Of a DNA stretch of 53,486 nucleotides, positions 35,729 through 47,123 are shown piece after piece. Each line of letters begins with the position of its first letter. Position 1 is the stretch's first letter. The position numbers were made by a program, and so were the translations under genes. The stretch is from an uncultured Bacteroidales bacterium (lineage in GTDB: Bacteria; Bacteroidota; Bacteroidia; Bacteroidales; P3). The DNA lies in the NCBI GenBank assembly GCA_947165345.1, contig CAMVAA010000001.1:1-53486 (forward strand), in the 5' to 3' direction. A model generated the notes under the pieces. The model ran no database searches. It saw nothing but the letters and a program-made list of their open reading frames with translations, and had not been told where the DNA came from.

Positions 35729-37983
35729 TTCAGTATCAGGTTTACCACTGTTCCCTTGCGGGCCGCCTGCCCGCCGTGAGGACTCTGCGACGCCACCTTG
35801 CCGTAGCCCGACAGCGTGACTCGGTAGCCCATCGTATGGAGCATCTCTATGGCATCCTTGGCAGTCATACCGTAGCAGTTGGGCACCAGGCCCTCAGTCG
35901 GACGGTAGGAGTCATAGCGCGCCGGCGTCGTGTCGGTGGCCTGGCGATAGCATACCCACCCTTCGGCCGAATCGGTCGAGAGGTAGGGGAGCCGCAGCCT
36001 ACGGTATAGCTCCTTGATGTCGTCCTGCTTGCCCCTCAACAGTTCTGGCCGCTGCTGCGCCTTGGCGCTGTCTTCCTCCAGACGCGGCCACGCCGACTTC
36101 ACGGCTCCGTCGCTCAACCCCATGTCCATAGCCACCACACAGTCGCTTATATGCTTGAACACCAAAGCCGCCTGACGTCCATAGGCCGGAATGTCCTCGA
36201 CCACAACAAGGCAGGTGTAGCGCGGATTCTCCGACGGGAAAAAGCCTGCAAACGAGGCATTGTAGCGCCGCAGGTTGGAGTAGTTGTGTACCGCCGTACC
36301 CGTCTTGCCAGCTATGCCGTAGGTTGTGTTCTTTATGTTGTTGCCCGTACCATTCTCTACCACACCCTCGAGCATCTTGCTCATCAACTCGGCGGTACGG
36401 CGGCTGCACATCTGGCTGTTCAGTACCACAGGCTTTATCTCGCGTCGCGTGCCGTCACGGTCAATTATGGCACGGCAGAACTGCGGCTTCACCATGCGGC
36501 CGCCAGCGCCAAGGGCATTGTAGAAGGTCACAAGCTGCAGCGCCGAGATACGCGTCGAGTAGCCGTAGCAGAAGTTAAGGAAGTCACGGTTCGACCGATG
36601 CAGGTCGTTGACATATGTCTTGTATTCCGGCGCCTTCACGTCGGGGTTCATCTTGCCATAGGGGAACATCCGCTCTACGATGTGGCGCAGCGTGTCGCGC
36701 CGGTTGTTGTAGAGCTGCCAGCCCAGATCACTCATTCCCACATTCGACGACTGCTCTATGACGCCCTTCAGGCTCAGCGAATCCCATCCGCCGTGGTCGT
36801 CCTTGATCTCCCCGTTCTTGCCGCCGAAGTTCTTATAGCGGGCCGGAAGCCGCATGGCGGTGTCTATGTTGTTGGCCGGATCGTCCATCATGGCGGTGAG
36901 TATCACCGTCTTGAACGTGGAACCCGGCTCATAGACGTCGCTCACAGCCACATTCCTGTCCCTCATCTCGCGGTAGTTGTGTATCGCCGTGTCTATGGCC
37001 AGATTGGCACAGGCCAGTATATAGCCCGTATGCATCTCCATCAGTATGGCGCAACCCGACAGTCCGCCGTAGCGCAGCAGGGCCTCGCGCAGCGAGGTCT
37101 CTGCTATGTCCTGGTATCGGGTGTCTATGGTCGAGACGATGTCCTGCCCGTCTATCCGGCGCTGCAGCAGCATGGTGTCCACACGGTCTTGGTCGGTGCG
37201 CTGCTCCACCTCCTGCGGCGTGCCGGGTTCATCGGGAAGCCAGATACCCTTGGTCAAGCGGCGGCACTTAAAGAGACCGTCCTGTCCGCGCAGTATGCTG
37301 TCGTAGTAGCCCTCCAACCCCGTATACGACCCCGCATCTTTGCGATTGCGGAAGCCGATGGTGTTCTCGGCCAAGTTGCCATAGATGTGGGCTCGCACCT
37401 GGTGCACAACACTCTGCCCGTCGACCTGACGCACCACCCCGCGGCTCCAGCCGGGCAGACGGCATATCTGCAGCCACACCGAATATGGCACGTCCCTCTG
37501 CACCAGGAAACACCTGCGCGGACGCTCCTTGGTGCGCTCCGTGGCTATGCGCTCGCGATAGTAGCTGGCTGGGTGCAATCGACAGGCCTCGCTGAGCATC
37601 ATGCACACGGTATCCAAGTGCCGTGCGAAGTTGCTGTCCGTGATGGGGCCGCTCTCCACGGGCCGTCCGTGACGGTCGGTCTTCACCCGTCCGTCCTCCT
37701 CAAGTACGTAGCGGTTGTCGAGGTCGAGGTATAGGTCGCACTCCGTCACCGTGGTAGCCAGTATCTTGCCGTCGCTCGAGTAGATGACGCCCCTCCGCGC
37801 CGGGTCGGTCCGCAGTCCGGCCTCGCGACGTTCGCCACGGGCTCGCCACTCGTCGCCATGCACCCATTGTATGTTGATCACGTTGAGCAGTATGGCCACC
37901 CCAACCCCCACTGTCAGCAGCAGGTAGAGCGCCGTCATGCCGCGTGTCATACGCGTATCCTTGCTATCTTTGTTCTTGCTCAC
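35725..37983 (-). CDS. ftsI: Division-associated class B penicillin-binding protein (FtsI-like) with a C-terminal PASTA-like domain
   Basis: N-terminal TM segment, transpeptidase motifs STFK (..EPGSTFKTV), SSN (QSSNVG), KTGT (AGKTGTA). C-terminus VPNCYGMTAKDAIEML...GYRV.. is PASTA-like. Confidence 0.85.
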   Translation of the reverse strand: MSKNKDSKDTRMTRGMTALYLLLTVGVGVAILLNVINIQWVHGDEWRARGERREAGLRTDPARRGVIYSSDGKILATTVTECDLYLDLDNRYVLEEDGRVKTDRHGRPVESGPITDSNFARHLDTVCMMLSEACRLHPASYYRERIATERTKERPRRCFLVQRDVPYSVWLQICRLPGWSRGVVRQVDGQSVVHQVRAHIYGNLAENTIGFRNRKDAGSYTGLEGYYDSILRGQDGLFKCRRLTKGIWLPDEPGTPQEVEQRTDQDRVDTMLLQRRIDGQDIVSTIDTRYQDIAETSLREALLRYGGLSGCAILMEMHTGYILACANLAIDTAIHNYREMRDRNVAVSDVYEPGSTFKTVILTAMMDDPANNIDTAMRLPARYKNFGGKNGEIKDDHGGWDSLSLKGVIEQSSNVGMSDLGWQLYNNRRDTLRHIVERMFPYGKMNPDVKAPEYKTYVNDLHRSNRDFLNFCYGYSTRISALQLVTFYNALGAGGRMVKPQFCRAIIDRDGTRREIKPVVLNSQMCSRRTAELMSKMLEGVVENGTGNNIKNTTYGIAGKTGTAVHNYSNLRRYNASFAGFFPSENPRYTCLVVVEDIPAYGRQAALVFKHISDCVVAMDMGLSDGAVKSAWPRLEEDSAKAQQRPELLRGKQDDIKELYRRLRLPYLSTDSAEGWVCYRQATDTTPARYDSYRPTEGLVPNCYGMTAKDAIEMLHTMGYRVTLSGYGKVASQSPHGGQAARKGTVVNLILK

Positions 37984-38055
37984 GTCTTCTTGTATACGTC
38001 CTATGGTTTTATCCTGTTCTCTTCTACTATTATTATTTAAGGTGTCTCCACCCTG

Positions 38056-38502
38056 TCAATCCTCGTCAAGCTCATACGGGGGTCCGGCCGTAATGCCCAC
38101 CCCGGTCTCCCGCAGGTCTTCTGCTATCTGCGATATCTTCACACTCTGCTGGTACTGCTTCTGCATCTGTATCCTCTGCTCGCGCAGGTAGTTGATGCGC
38201 TCCTCGGCAGCCTGCTTCTCTATGCTGAGACTCTCTATCCTGTAACGGTTGCCGACCAGCAGCAACAGGTAGAACAGACACAGCAGCAGGAGCGGTATCT
38301 GGCGCAACACCACCTTGTCGCCAAGCATGTCGCCGCCGAGCACCTTCGTCACACCCCGCAGCGCTCTGCCCCCTCTCTGCCCCCTCTCTACCCCCTCTCT
38401 ACCCCCTCTCTGGGTCTCCTCTACCTCCACCTCGGGCTCCGGCTCCGGACGCGGCGCCTCCAGATCCTCTTCTACTACCTTGTCTCTGAACTTGTTTCCC
38501 AT
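38056..38502 (-). CDS. ftsL: FtsL-like division protein carrying an in-frame R1 repeat in its N-terminal tail
   Basis: Position between rsmH and ftsI. Single TM segment IPLLLLCLFYLLLLVG followed by a coiled-coil-like segment. The tail ETQRGGREGVERGQRGGRALRG is encoded by R1. Confidence 0.65.
   Translation of the reverse strand: MGNKFRDKVVEEDLEAPRPEPEPEVEVEETQRGGREGVERGQRGGRALRGVTKVLGGDMLGDKVVLRQIPLLLLCLFYLLLLVGNRYRIESLSIEKQAAEERINYLREQRIQMQKQYQQSVKISQIAEDLRETGVGITAGPPYELDED
38364..38425. repeat. R1 repeat copy lying inside the ftsL-like CDS
   Basis: ctctgccccctctctgccccctctctaccccctctctaccccctctctgggtctcctctacc. Confidence 0.9.
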
Positions 38503-38529
38503 TCTTGCTCTTTTCGTTATCTCGTGTCT

Positions 38530-39480
38530 CTATTCTTCTTTCTTCATTTCCACCTTCTCGGCCACCCGCAGCCGGGCACTCCGCGCACGGTTGTTCGCGG
38601 CCACCTCGCCCTCGCTGGCGGCACAGCTGCGAAGCTGGCGCAGCGGCACTATGGGATTGCCGTAGAAGTCTTTCTCCACCTCGCCCTCGAAGTTGCCGGC
38701 CCTCATGTAGTTCTTCACCAGCCGGTCCTCCAGCGAGTGGTAGGTGATGACCACCAGCCGTCCGCCCGTGGGCAGCAGCGCGGTGGCCTGCTGCAGCAGG
38801 CTGCGCAGGGCGTCAAGCTCTCCGTTCACCTCTATTCGCAACGCCTGGAAAAGCATGGCCAGGTACCTGTTCTCCATACCGCGCGGCAGATGGCGGCTCA
38901 CGGCCTCCCTCAGGTCGCCGGTGGTCGCAATGTCCTTCTCGCCACGGGCTTTCACTATGGCCCGCGCCATCTGGCGGGCGTTGGGCAGCTCGCCGTAGAG
39001 GCGCAGTATGCGCGCCAGCTCCTCCTCGTCGGCCTGGGCCACCAGATCTCGGGCCGACAGCGCCTGGCGACGGTCCATCCGGAGGTCCAGCTCGCCGTCG
39101 AAGCGCGTCGAGAAGCCTCTCTCGGCGGTGTCGAACTGATGGCTGCTCACTCCGAGGTCGGCCAACACTCCGTCCACCTGCCGCACTCCGTGCAGCCTCA
39201 AAAACGAACGTAAATCCCTGAAATTCTCGTTGATGAAGACAAACCGCGCACCGCCGTTCTCTTCGCTCCCCGCCTTCCACTCTCCGTTCTCCACTCTCTT
39301 CGCCGCATCCTCGTCCTGGTCGAAGCCGACCAGCAGCCCGCCCTCTCCGAGGCGCTCCAGTATGGCACGCGAATGGCCGCCGCCTCCGAAGGTGGCGTCC
39401 ACGTATGTACCGTCGGGCCGCAGGGCAAGTCCCTCTACGGCCTCCGACAACATGACGGGTATGTGGTACTGCTCGCTCAT
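38530..39480 (-). CDS. rsmH: 16S rRNA (cytosine1402-N4)-methyltransferase
   Basis: HIPVML.E.V..L....G.YVDATFGGGGHSR.IL; ..DLGVSSHQ.D...RGFS. These are RsmH/MraW motifs. Confidence 0.95.
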   Translation of the reverse strand: MSEQYHIPVMLSEAVEGLALRPDGTYVDATFGGGGHSRAILERLGEGGLLVGFDQDEDAAKRVENGEWKAGSEENGGARFVFINENFRDLRSFLRLHGVRQVDGVLADLGVSSHQFDTAERGFSTRFDGELDLRMDRRQALSARDLVAQADEEELARILRLYGELPNARQMARAIVKARGEKDIATTGDLREAVSRHLPRGMENRYLAMLFQALRIEVNGELDALRSLLQQATALLPTGGRLVVITYHSLEDRLVKNYMRAGNFEGEVEKDFYGNPIVPLRQLRSCAASEGEVAANNRARSARLRVAEKVEMKKEE

Positions 39481-39932
39481 TGTTCCACGGTCGTCTGGCC
39501 CAGCAGCGCCTCTGCCCTCTGGGCAAAGTCGCCGGTGGTGCTGTTCATCCTGTCGTAGGCCTTACGGTCCCAGAGCTCGATGAACTTGCCAGTCGACTGC
39601 AGCACAACTTCCTTGGCCCCGGTCACTGCTCCCTTCTGCTCGGGCGGTATCAGCAAACGGTCGTTCGAGTCAAGCTCGATGACATTGCCGTCCGTCAGCT
39701 TGCGCAGCAGCTCGCGGTCCTCGCGGCGGTAAGGGTTGAGCATCTTCTGCAGGTGCTCCACTTCGTCCCTGAAACTGGCGTAAGTCCACAGCTCCAAACA
39801 CTCGGCATAGATACTCTGGCGTATCACAAAGCGTCCGTCCTCCGTCTCCAACTGCCTCTTGAGGGCAATCGGGAACTTGAAGCGGCCGTTCGTATCCACC
39901 TTACAGTACTCTTTTCCAAGTATTAAAGCCAT
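39477..39932 (-). CDS. mraZ: Transcriptional regulator MraZ
   Basis: 151 aa, first gene of the dcw cluster. Contains two ..D..GR..iP halves (VDTNGRFKFP; LDSNDRLLIP). Confidence 0.9.
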   Translation of the reverse strand: MALILGKEYCKVDTNGRFKFPIALKRQLETEDGRFVIRQSIYAECLELWTYASFRDEVEHLQKMLNPYRREDRELLRKLTDGNVIELDSNDRLLIPPEQKGAVTGAKEVVLQSTGKFIELWDRKAYDRMNSTTGDFAQRAEALLGQTTVEQ

Positions 39933-40284
39933 TTTTGCCTACTATTTTTCAGGTTGTAAAATTACGAAGAAAAACCCAAATACTGCCAAAAATTACCTTT
40001 TTTTGTTTATTTTAACCTATTTTTGTTGTTCATAACCTATAACGCAGCTTCCCTGAAAAAGTTTCACTGTCGCCATTATTTTTTCCCCGCATCGCTGGTT
40101 CCATGGCCGTTACGGGCATTTTCATCCCGCTTCCCGGCGCCGTCTCCGCAGCCCGTCGGCACCCCCGAAAAGGTGTTGAAAAGTTTTTCCGCCACCCTCC
40201 CTCCCACCCCTCCTCACCCGTCCCCCTCACCCCCATGCCCCCACCCCCATTTCCACCCCCCTCCAGCCCTCCATCTTCCCCCAA

Positions 40285-40341
40285 CCCTCTCTACCCCCTC
40301 TCTACCCCCTCTCTACCCCTACTCTACCCCCTCTCTACCCC
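40285..40341. repeat. R1 repeat copy
   Basis: ccctctctaccccctctctaccccctctctacccctactctaccccctctctacccc, in the divergent intergenic region mraZ <-> S46 peptidase. Confidence 0.9.
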
Positions 40342-40368
40342 ACCCGAACTCCTCACTACCCCACCCCC

Positions 40369-40585
40369 TCCTCTCCTGTTCATTCGGCTTAACTACTTAA
40401 CTACTGCCTCCTGTCTACCCAAACTCATAACTCTCAACTCCCCAATCTCCTCTACATTCGGCTTAACTACTTGACTACTGCCTCCCGTCTACCCAAACTC
40501 ATAACTCTCAACTTCCACCTCCCCCCTCCCCTCCTGTACATTCGGCTTAACTACATGACTACCGCCTCCTGTCTACTAACCCCTT
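40369..40585. repeat. R2 repeat array (three ~74-84-bp units)
   Basis: Units start near 40369, 40442 and 40513: ..ctcctgt(t/a)cattcggcttaactac(t/a)t(a/g)actac(t/c)gcctcc(t/c)gtctac(c/t)caaactcataactctcaact(c/t)cc. Related to 15264-15430. Confidence 0.85.
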
Positions 40586-40617
40586 CCCACTTTTTACCCT
40601 CCATTTTTCAATTTCTC

Positions 40618-40648
40618 TTTGCCGTATGGGATTTTTTTCGTAAATTTG
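40618..40648 (+). promoter_or_regulatory. Bacteroidota sigma-A-type promoter (-33 TTTG / -7 TAaaTTTG) for the S46 peptidase gene
   Basis: tttg at 40618-40621, a 19-nt spacer, taaatttg at 40641-40648, and the ATG 49 nt downstream. Confidence 0.6.
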
Positions 40649-40696
40649 CAACTTTGATACATTAGTCATTTAACATCAACAAAACAAAGTAAAACA

Positions 40697-42859
40697 ATGA
40701 AAGTTCGTACATTAGTATTGGCCATCGCCATGCTGGCACTCCTGCCCGCCACGGCCAAAGCCGACGAAGGAATGTGGCTTCTGTCACTAATCGGGAAGAA
40801 TTACAGCGACATGCAGCGCGCCGGTTTCAAACTCACTCCTGAAGACATCTACAGCGTCAACAAGTCCTGCCTCAAAGACGCCATCGTGGGTCTCGGCAAC
40901 GCCGGCCAGCCTTTCTGGCACTTCTGCACCGGCGAAATCATCTCCAGCCAGGGTCTTATGTCCACCAACCACCACTGCGGCTACGGTAAGCTCCAGGAGC
41001 ACTCCACCGTCGAGCACGACTACCTCCGCGACGGCTTCTGGGCCTACACTCTCGACCAGGAACTCCCCAACCCCGGCCTCACCGCCTCCATCCTCGTCCG
41101 CATGGAAGACGTCACCAAGCGCGTCAAGGAAACCCTCAGCGACGACATGAGCGAGAGCGACCGCGCCGCCGCCATCAAGAAAGTCAGCGAAGAAATTGAA
41201 AAAGAGGCCGTCGAAGGCACTCCCTACAGCGCCAAGGTCCGCCCCATGTTCAACGGCAACCAGTTCTTCCTCTTCGTCCACATCATCTACCGCGACGTAC
41301 GCCTCGTCGGCGCTCCCCCTTCGTCCATGGGCAAATTCGGCGGCGACACCGACAACTGGTCCTGGCCTCGTCACACCTGCGACTTCTCTCTCTTCCGCAT
41401 CTACACCGCCCCCGACGGTAGCCCCGCCGACTACAGCAAGGACAACATCCCCCTCAGCCCCAAACACCATCTCCCCGTCAACGCCGGTGAAATCAACGAC
41501 GGCGAGTTCGCCATGGTCATGGGCTTCCCCGGCACCACCGACCACTTCCTCACCTCCTACGGCCTCGACGAGACCATGGACATCACCAACAAGCTCCGCT
41601 ACGAAATCCGCACCGTGAAAATCAACATCCTCCGCGAGGAAATGGCAGCCAGCCAGGCCACTCGCATCAAATACGCCTCCAAGTACGCCTCCTGCTCCAA
41701 CTACTGGAAATACAGCAACGAGCAGAACAAAGCCCTCAAAGCCCTCAACACCATGGGTGTCAAGAAGCAGGTCGAAGAGGAATACAGCGAGTGGGCTCGC
41801 TTCCAGGCTCCCAAGTACGGCCGCGCACTCGACCTCATCCGCGAAGGCTATGCCGACCGCCGCAACGTCGAAGAGGCCAACCAGTACATCCTCGAAGGCC
41901 TCCTCACCGGCTCCGAAGCCCCCCTCTTCGCCGCTCGCCTGGCCAACACCTTCACCTCCGAACTCGAGAAAGACAAGAAAGCCGACCTCAGCCGCTTCGA
42001 AGGCTACATCGACAACTTCTTCAAAGACTACGACCAGGCCGTCGACCAGCGCCTCACCGCCGCCCTCTTCGGCTACGTCTACAGCCACATGAACCCCGAG
42101 CAGTGCCCACAGTTCCTCATCGACGCCAACAAGAAGTACAAAGGCAACTGGGAGAAATACGCCGCCAACCTCTACGAAAAGAGCATCTTCGCCAACCCCG
42201 AGGCCCTCGCCAAGTTCATGCAGAAACCCGACGCCAAGAAGGTCGCTAAAGACGGCCTCGCCGCCGCCGGCAACGAAGCCCTCAAAGCCTACATCACCCT
42301 CAACCAGTCCCTCCCCCAGGCCTCTCAGGAGAACCTCCAGCGCGGCATCCGCGACTTCACCGACGGCATCCTCCAAATCAACGACAAGAAAGGCAAACTC
42401 ATGTCCCCCGACGCCAACTCCACCATCCGCCTCACCTACGGCAACGTCATGAGCTACGAACCCCGCGACGGCGTCTCCTACCACTACTACACCACCATGG
42501 CCGGCGTCATCCAGAAGGAAGACCCAGACAACGCCGAGTTCAACGTCCCCAAACGTCTTAAAGAACTCTACGCGAAGAAGCAGTTCGGCCCCTACGCCAA
42601 CCGCAAAGGCGAAATGCCCACCTGCTTCATCACCAACAACGACATCACCGGCGGCAACTCCGGCTCCCCCGTCATCAACGCACGCGGCCAGCTCATCGGC
42701 CTCGCCTTCGACGGCAACAGCGAAGCCATGAGCGGCGACATCGACTTCGAAGAGAACCTCCAGCGCTGCATCTGCCTCGACAGCCGCTACATGCTCTGGG
42801 TCATCGACGTCTACGCCGGCGCCAAAAACCTCATCGCCGAGATGGACATCGTGAGATAA
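40697..42859 (+). CDS. S46-family dipeptidyl-peptidase (DPP7/DPP11-like serine peptidase)
   Basis: Signal peptide then ADEGMWL, ..STNHHCG (catalytic His region), ..TGGNSGSPVINARGQLIGLAFDGN (catalytic Ser). 720 aa. Confidence 0.9.
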   Translation: MKVRTLVLAIAMLALLPATAKADEGMWLLSLIGKNYSDMQRAGFKLTPEDIYSVNKSCLKDAIVGLGNAGQPFWHFCTGEIISSQGLMSTNHHCGYGKLQEHSTVEHDYLRDGFWAYTLDQELPNPGLTASILVRMEDVTKRVKETLSDDMSESDRAAAIKKVSEEIEKEAVEGTPYSAKVRPMFNGNQFFLFVHIIYRDVRLVGAPPSSMGKFGGDTDNWSWPRHTCDFSLFRIYTAPDGSPADYSKDNIPLSPKHHLPVNAGEINDGEFAMVMGFPGTTDHFLTSYGLDETMDITNKLRYEIRTVKINILREEMAASQATRIKYASKYASCSNYWKYSNEQNKALKALNTMGVKKQVEEEYSEWARFQAPKYGRALDLIREGYADRRNVEEANQYILEGLLTGSEAPLFAARLANTFTSELEKDKKADLSRFEGYIDNFFKDYDQAVDQRLTAALFGYVYSHMNPEQCPQFLIDANKKYKGNWEKYAANLYEKSIFANPEALAKFMQKPDAKKVAKDGLAAAGNEALKAYITLNQSLPQASQENLQRGIRDFTDGILQINDKKGKLMSPDANSTIRLTYGNVMSYEPRDGVSYHYYTTMAGVIQKEDPDNAEFNVPKRLKELYAKKQFGPYANRKGEMPTCFITNNDITGGNSGSPVINARGQLIGLAFDGNSEAMSGDIDFEENLQRCICLDSRYMLWVIDVYAGAKNLIAEMDIVR

Positions 42860-42886
42860 ACTCACACCAACTCATATCCTGATTTC

Positions 42887-45160
<2,274 letters not shown>

Positions 45161-45251
45161 CCGCCCGCCGTCGCCGCCCCCGCCCTGAACAATCCCTTCA
45201 TATATATTATATAGAAAACCCCGCAGGGGTTTCACATCAATAGCAACGAAC

Positions 45252-45758
45252 ATGACCGAAAAGAAAACCAACCTCTCCGACTACGACCCCTCCGCCGTAC
45301 CCGACGGAAGCCAGTACAAGATAGGCGTCATCGCCGCCGAATGGAACTCCAACGTGACCGACGCTCTCCTGCAGGGGGCTGTTGACACCCTGCGCCAGTA
45401 CGGCGTCAAGGAGCAGAACCTCATCGTACGCCGCGTGCCCGGCACCTTCGAACTCCCCTCCGCCGCCGACACCATGTTTCAACTCTGCAACCCCGACGCC
45501 GTCATCTGCATCGGCTGCGTCATCCAGGGCGACACCCGCCACTTCGAGTTCATCTGCCAGGCCGTCTCGCAAGGCATCACCAACGTCGCTCTGAAAGAAC
45601 GACGCCCCGTCATCTTCAGCGTCCTCACCTGCGACACCATGCAGCAAGCCCTCGACCGCGCCGGCGGCCGCCACGGCAACAAGGGCGTCGAAGGCGCCGT
45701 CACCGCACTCAAGATGGTGGACTACCGCAAATCGCTGTCTAAAGAGATCCCCTTCTGA
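45252..45758 (+). CDS. ribH: 6,7-dimethyl-8-ribityllumazine synthase
   Basis: ..IGVIAAEWNS.VT..LL.GA...L...GV......V.RVPG.FELP......, ..IGCVI.GDT.HFE.I. This is the RibH pattern. Confidence 0.9.
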   Translation: MTEKKTNLSDYDPSAVPDGSQYKIGVIAAEWNSNVTDALLQGAVDTLRQYGVKEQNLIVRRVPGTFELPSAADTMFQLCNPDAVICIGCVIQGDTRHFEFICQAVSQGITNVALKERRPVIFSVLTCDTMQQALDRAGGRHGNKGVEGAVTALKMVDYRKSLSKEIPF

Positions 45759-46699
45759 TGAAAACAGTATTCTTCGGAACTCCCGACTTTGCCGTCGCCA
45801 ACCTCGACGCCATTGTCCAGTGCGGCCGCCACGAGGTGGCTGCCGTCGTAACCGTCCCCGACCGGCAGGCAGGCCGCGGACAGAAGGTGGTCTACAGCCC
45901 CGTGAAGCAGTACGCCATCGAACACCACATCCCCCTGCTACAACCCGAAAAACTGCGCGACCCCGCCTTCATCGACGCTCTGCGCGCCGTCGAGGCCGAC
46001 TGCTTCGTCGTGGTGGCTTTCCGCATGCTCCCCGAGGCGGTATGGGCCATGCCTCCTCGCGGCACCTTCAACCTCCACGCCTCCCTCCTGCCTCGCTTCC
46101 GCGGCGCCGCACCCATCAACTGGTCCATCATCCAGGGCGAGCCCCGCACTGGCGTCACCACCTTCCTCCTCAACCACCGCATCGACGAGGGCAACATCCT
46201 CCTCCAGGAGTCTACCCCCATGGCTCCTCGCGAAACCGCCGAGACACTCCACGACCGCCTGGCCGAAATGGGCCGCTCTCTGGTCGTCCGCACCCTCGAC
46301 GGACTGGCCGACGGCTCCATCACGCCACAACCGCAGCAGGGCACCCCATGCCCCGCACCAAAGATATTCAAGGACGACTGCCGCATCGACTTCCAACGCT
46401 CCGCCGTCGAGGTGGACCGCCTCGTGCGAGGCCTCGCTCCCTACCCCGCCGCCTTCCTCTCCCTCGTCAACCCCAAAGGCGAGTCTGTACAGTTCAAAAT
46501 ATTCGACACCCGGCCCGAGTCCGCAACCCACAATCTACCCTGCGGCACACTGGTTTGCGACGGAAAAAGGGTCCTAAAAATCGCAACGACAGACGGTTTT
46601 GTAAACATTTTGGAACTGCAAATGGCTGGTAAGAACAGGAATAGCGTAGAAAATTTCCTCCGCGGAAATCAGCTAACCGACTGGAAACTAAGGTTATAG
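45758..46699 (+). CDS. fmt: Methionyl-tRNA formyltransferase
   Basis: MKTVFFGTPDFAV..L..I......V.AVVT.PD...GRG.K...SPVK; ..N.H.SLLP..RGAAPI.W.I. The start overlaps the ribH stop by 1 nt. Confidence 0.9.
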   Translation: MKTVFFGTPDFAVANLDAIVQCGRHEVAAVVTVPDRQAGRGQKVVYSPVKQYAIEHHIPLLQPEKLRDPAFIDALRAVEADCFVVVAFRMLPEAVWAMPPRGTFNLHASLLPRFRGAAPINWSIIQGEPRTGVTTFLLNHRIDEGNILLQESTPMAPRETAETLHDRLAEMGRSLVVRTLDGLADGSITPQPQQGTPCPAPKIFKDDCRIDFQRSAVEVDRLVRGLAPYPAAFLSLVNPKGESVQFKIFDTRPESATHNLPCGTLVCDGKRVLKIATTDGFVNILELQMAGKNRNSVENFLRGNQLTDWKLRL

Positions 46700-46740
46700 C
46701 ATTCACCCGCTAAAAAAATTCCAAAAAAGCGCAAAAAAAA

Positions 46741-46773
46741 TTTGGTGCATATTGAAAAAAAGTCTTACATTTG
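46741..46773 (+). promoter_or_regulatory. Bacteroidota promoter (-33 TTTG / -7 TAcaTTTG) for the HU gene
   Basis: tttg at 46741-46744, a 21-nt spacer, tacatttg at 46766-46773, and the ATG at 46823. Confidence 0.6.
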
Positions 46774-46822
46774 CAGCAGAAAAACGAAGACCATCATTAT
46801 TAACATTTTAACACATTACATC

Positions 46823-47113
46823 ATGAACAAAACCGAACTTGTTAACGCAATGGCCGAAAAGACCGGCATGACGAAAGTCGCCGCCAAGGCCGCCATGAAC
46901 GCCTGCTTCGCCACCATCGCCGAGCAGCTGAACAAAGGCCAGAAGGTCAGCCTCATCGGCTTTGGTACCTTCAGCGTCGCCGAGCGTAAGGCCCGCACCG
47001 CCAAGAACCCCCAGACGGGTGCCGCGGTGAAAGTCCCCGCCAAGAAAGTTGCCAAATTCAAAGCCGGCAGCAACCTCATCGTCGCCAAGAAGGCTGCGAA
47101 GAAGAAAAAATAA
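46823..47113 (+). CDS. hup: HU-family DNA-binding protein with a Lys-rich tail
   Basis: Start set at MNKTELVNAMAEKTGMTK... ..GFGTFSVAERKARTAKNPQTG..V.VPAKKV.KFKAG is the HU/IHF signature. Confidence 0.9.
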   Translation: MNKTELVNAMAEKTGMTKVAAKAAMNACFATIAEQLNKGQKVSLIGFGTFSVAERKARTAKNPQTGAAVKVPAKKVAKFKAGSNLIVAKKAAKKKK

Positions 47114-47123
47114 GCGAGGTTTA

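Noticed and set aside
40023-40665. Pro/Ser/Leu-rich ORFs (40023-40400, 40103-40474, 40471-40665), and likewise 13744-14412
   Set aside because: These are translations of the R1/R2 pyrimidine-rich repeats, which are repetitive low-complexity peptides, not genes.
40787-42865. 692-aa minus-strand ORF opposite the S46 peptidase. Similar antisense ORFs lie at 12265-13719, 15410-16885, 24253-25509, 26650-28002, 33018-34028, 36151-37734, 43429-45090 and 50313-51158
   Set aside because: All lie fully inside genes with clear family signatures on the other strand and have implausible low-complexity composition.
45161-45251. FMN riboswitch upstream of ribH
   Set aside because: The intergenic region is only ~90 nt and shows just one short hairpin (45216-45232). 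This is too short for the ~130-nt FMN aptamer, and I could not see its conserved segments.
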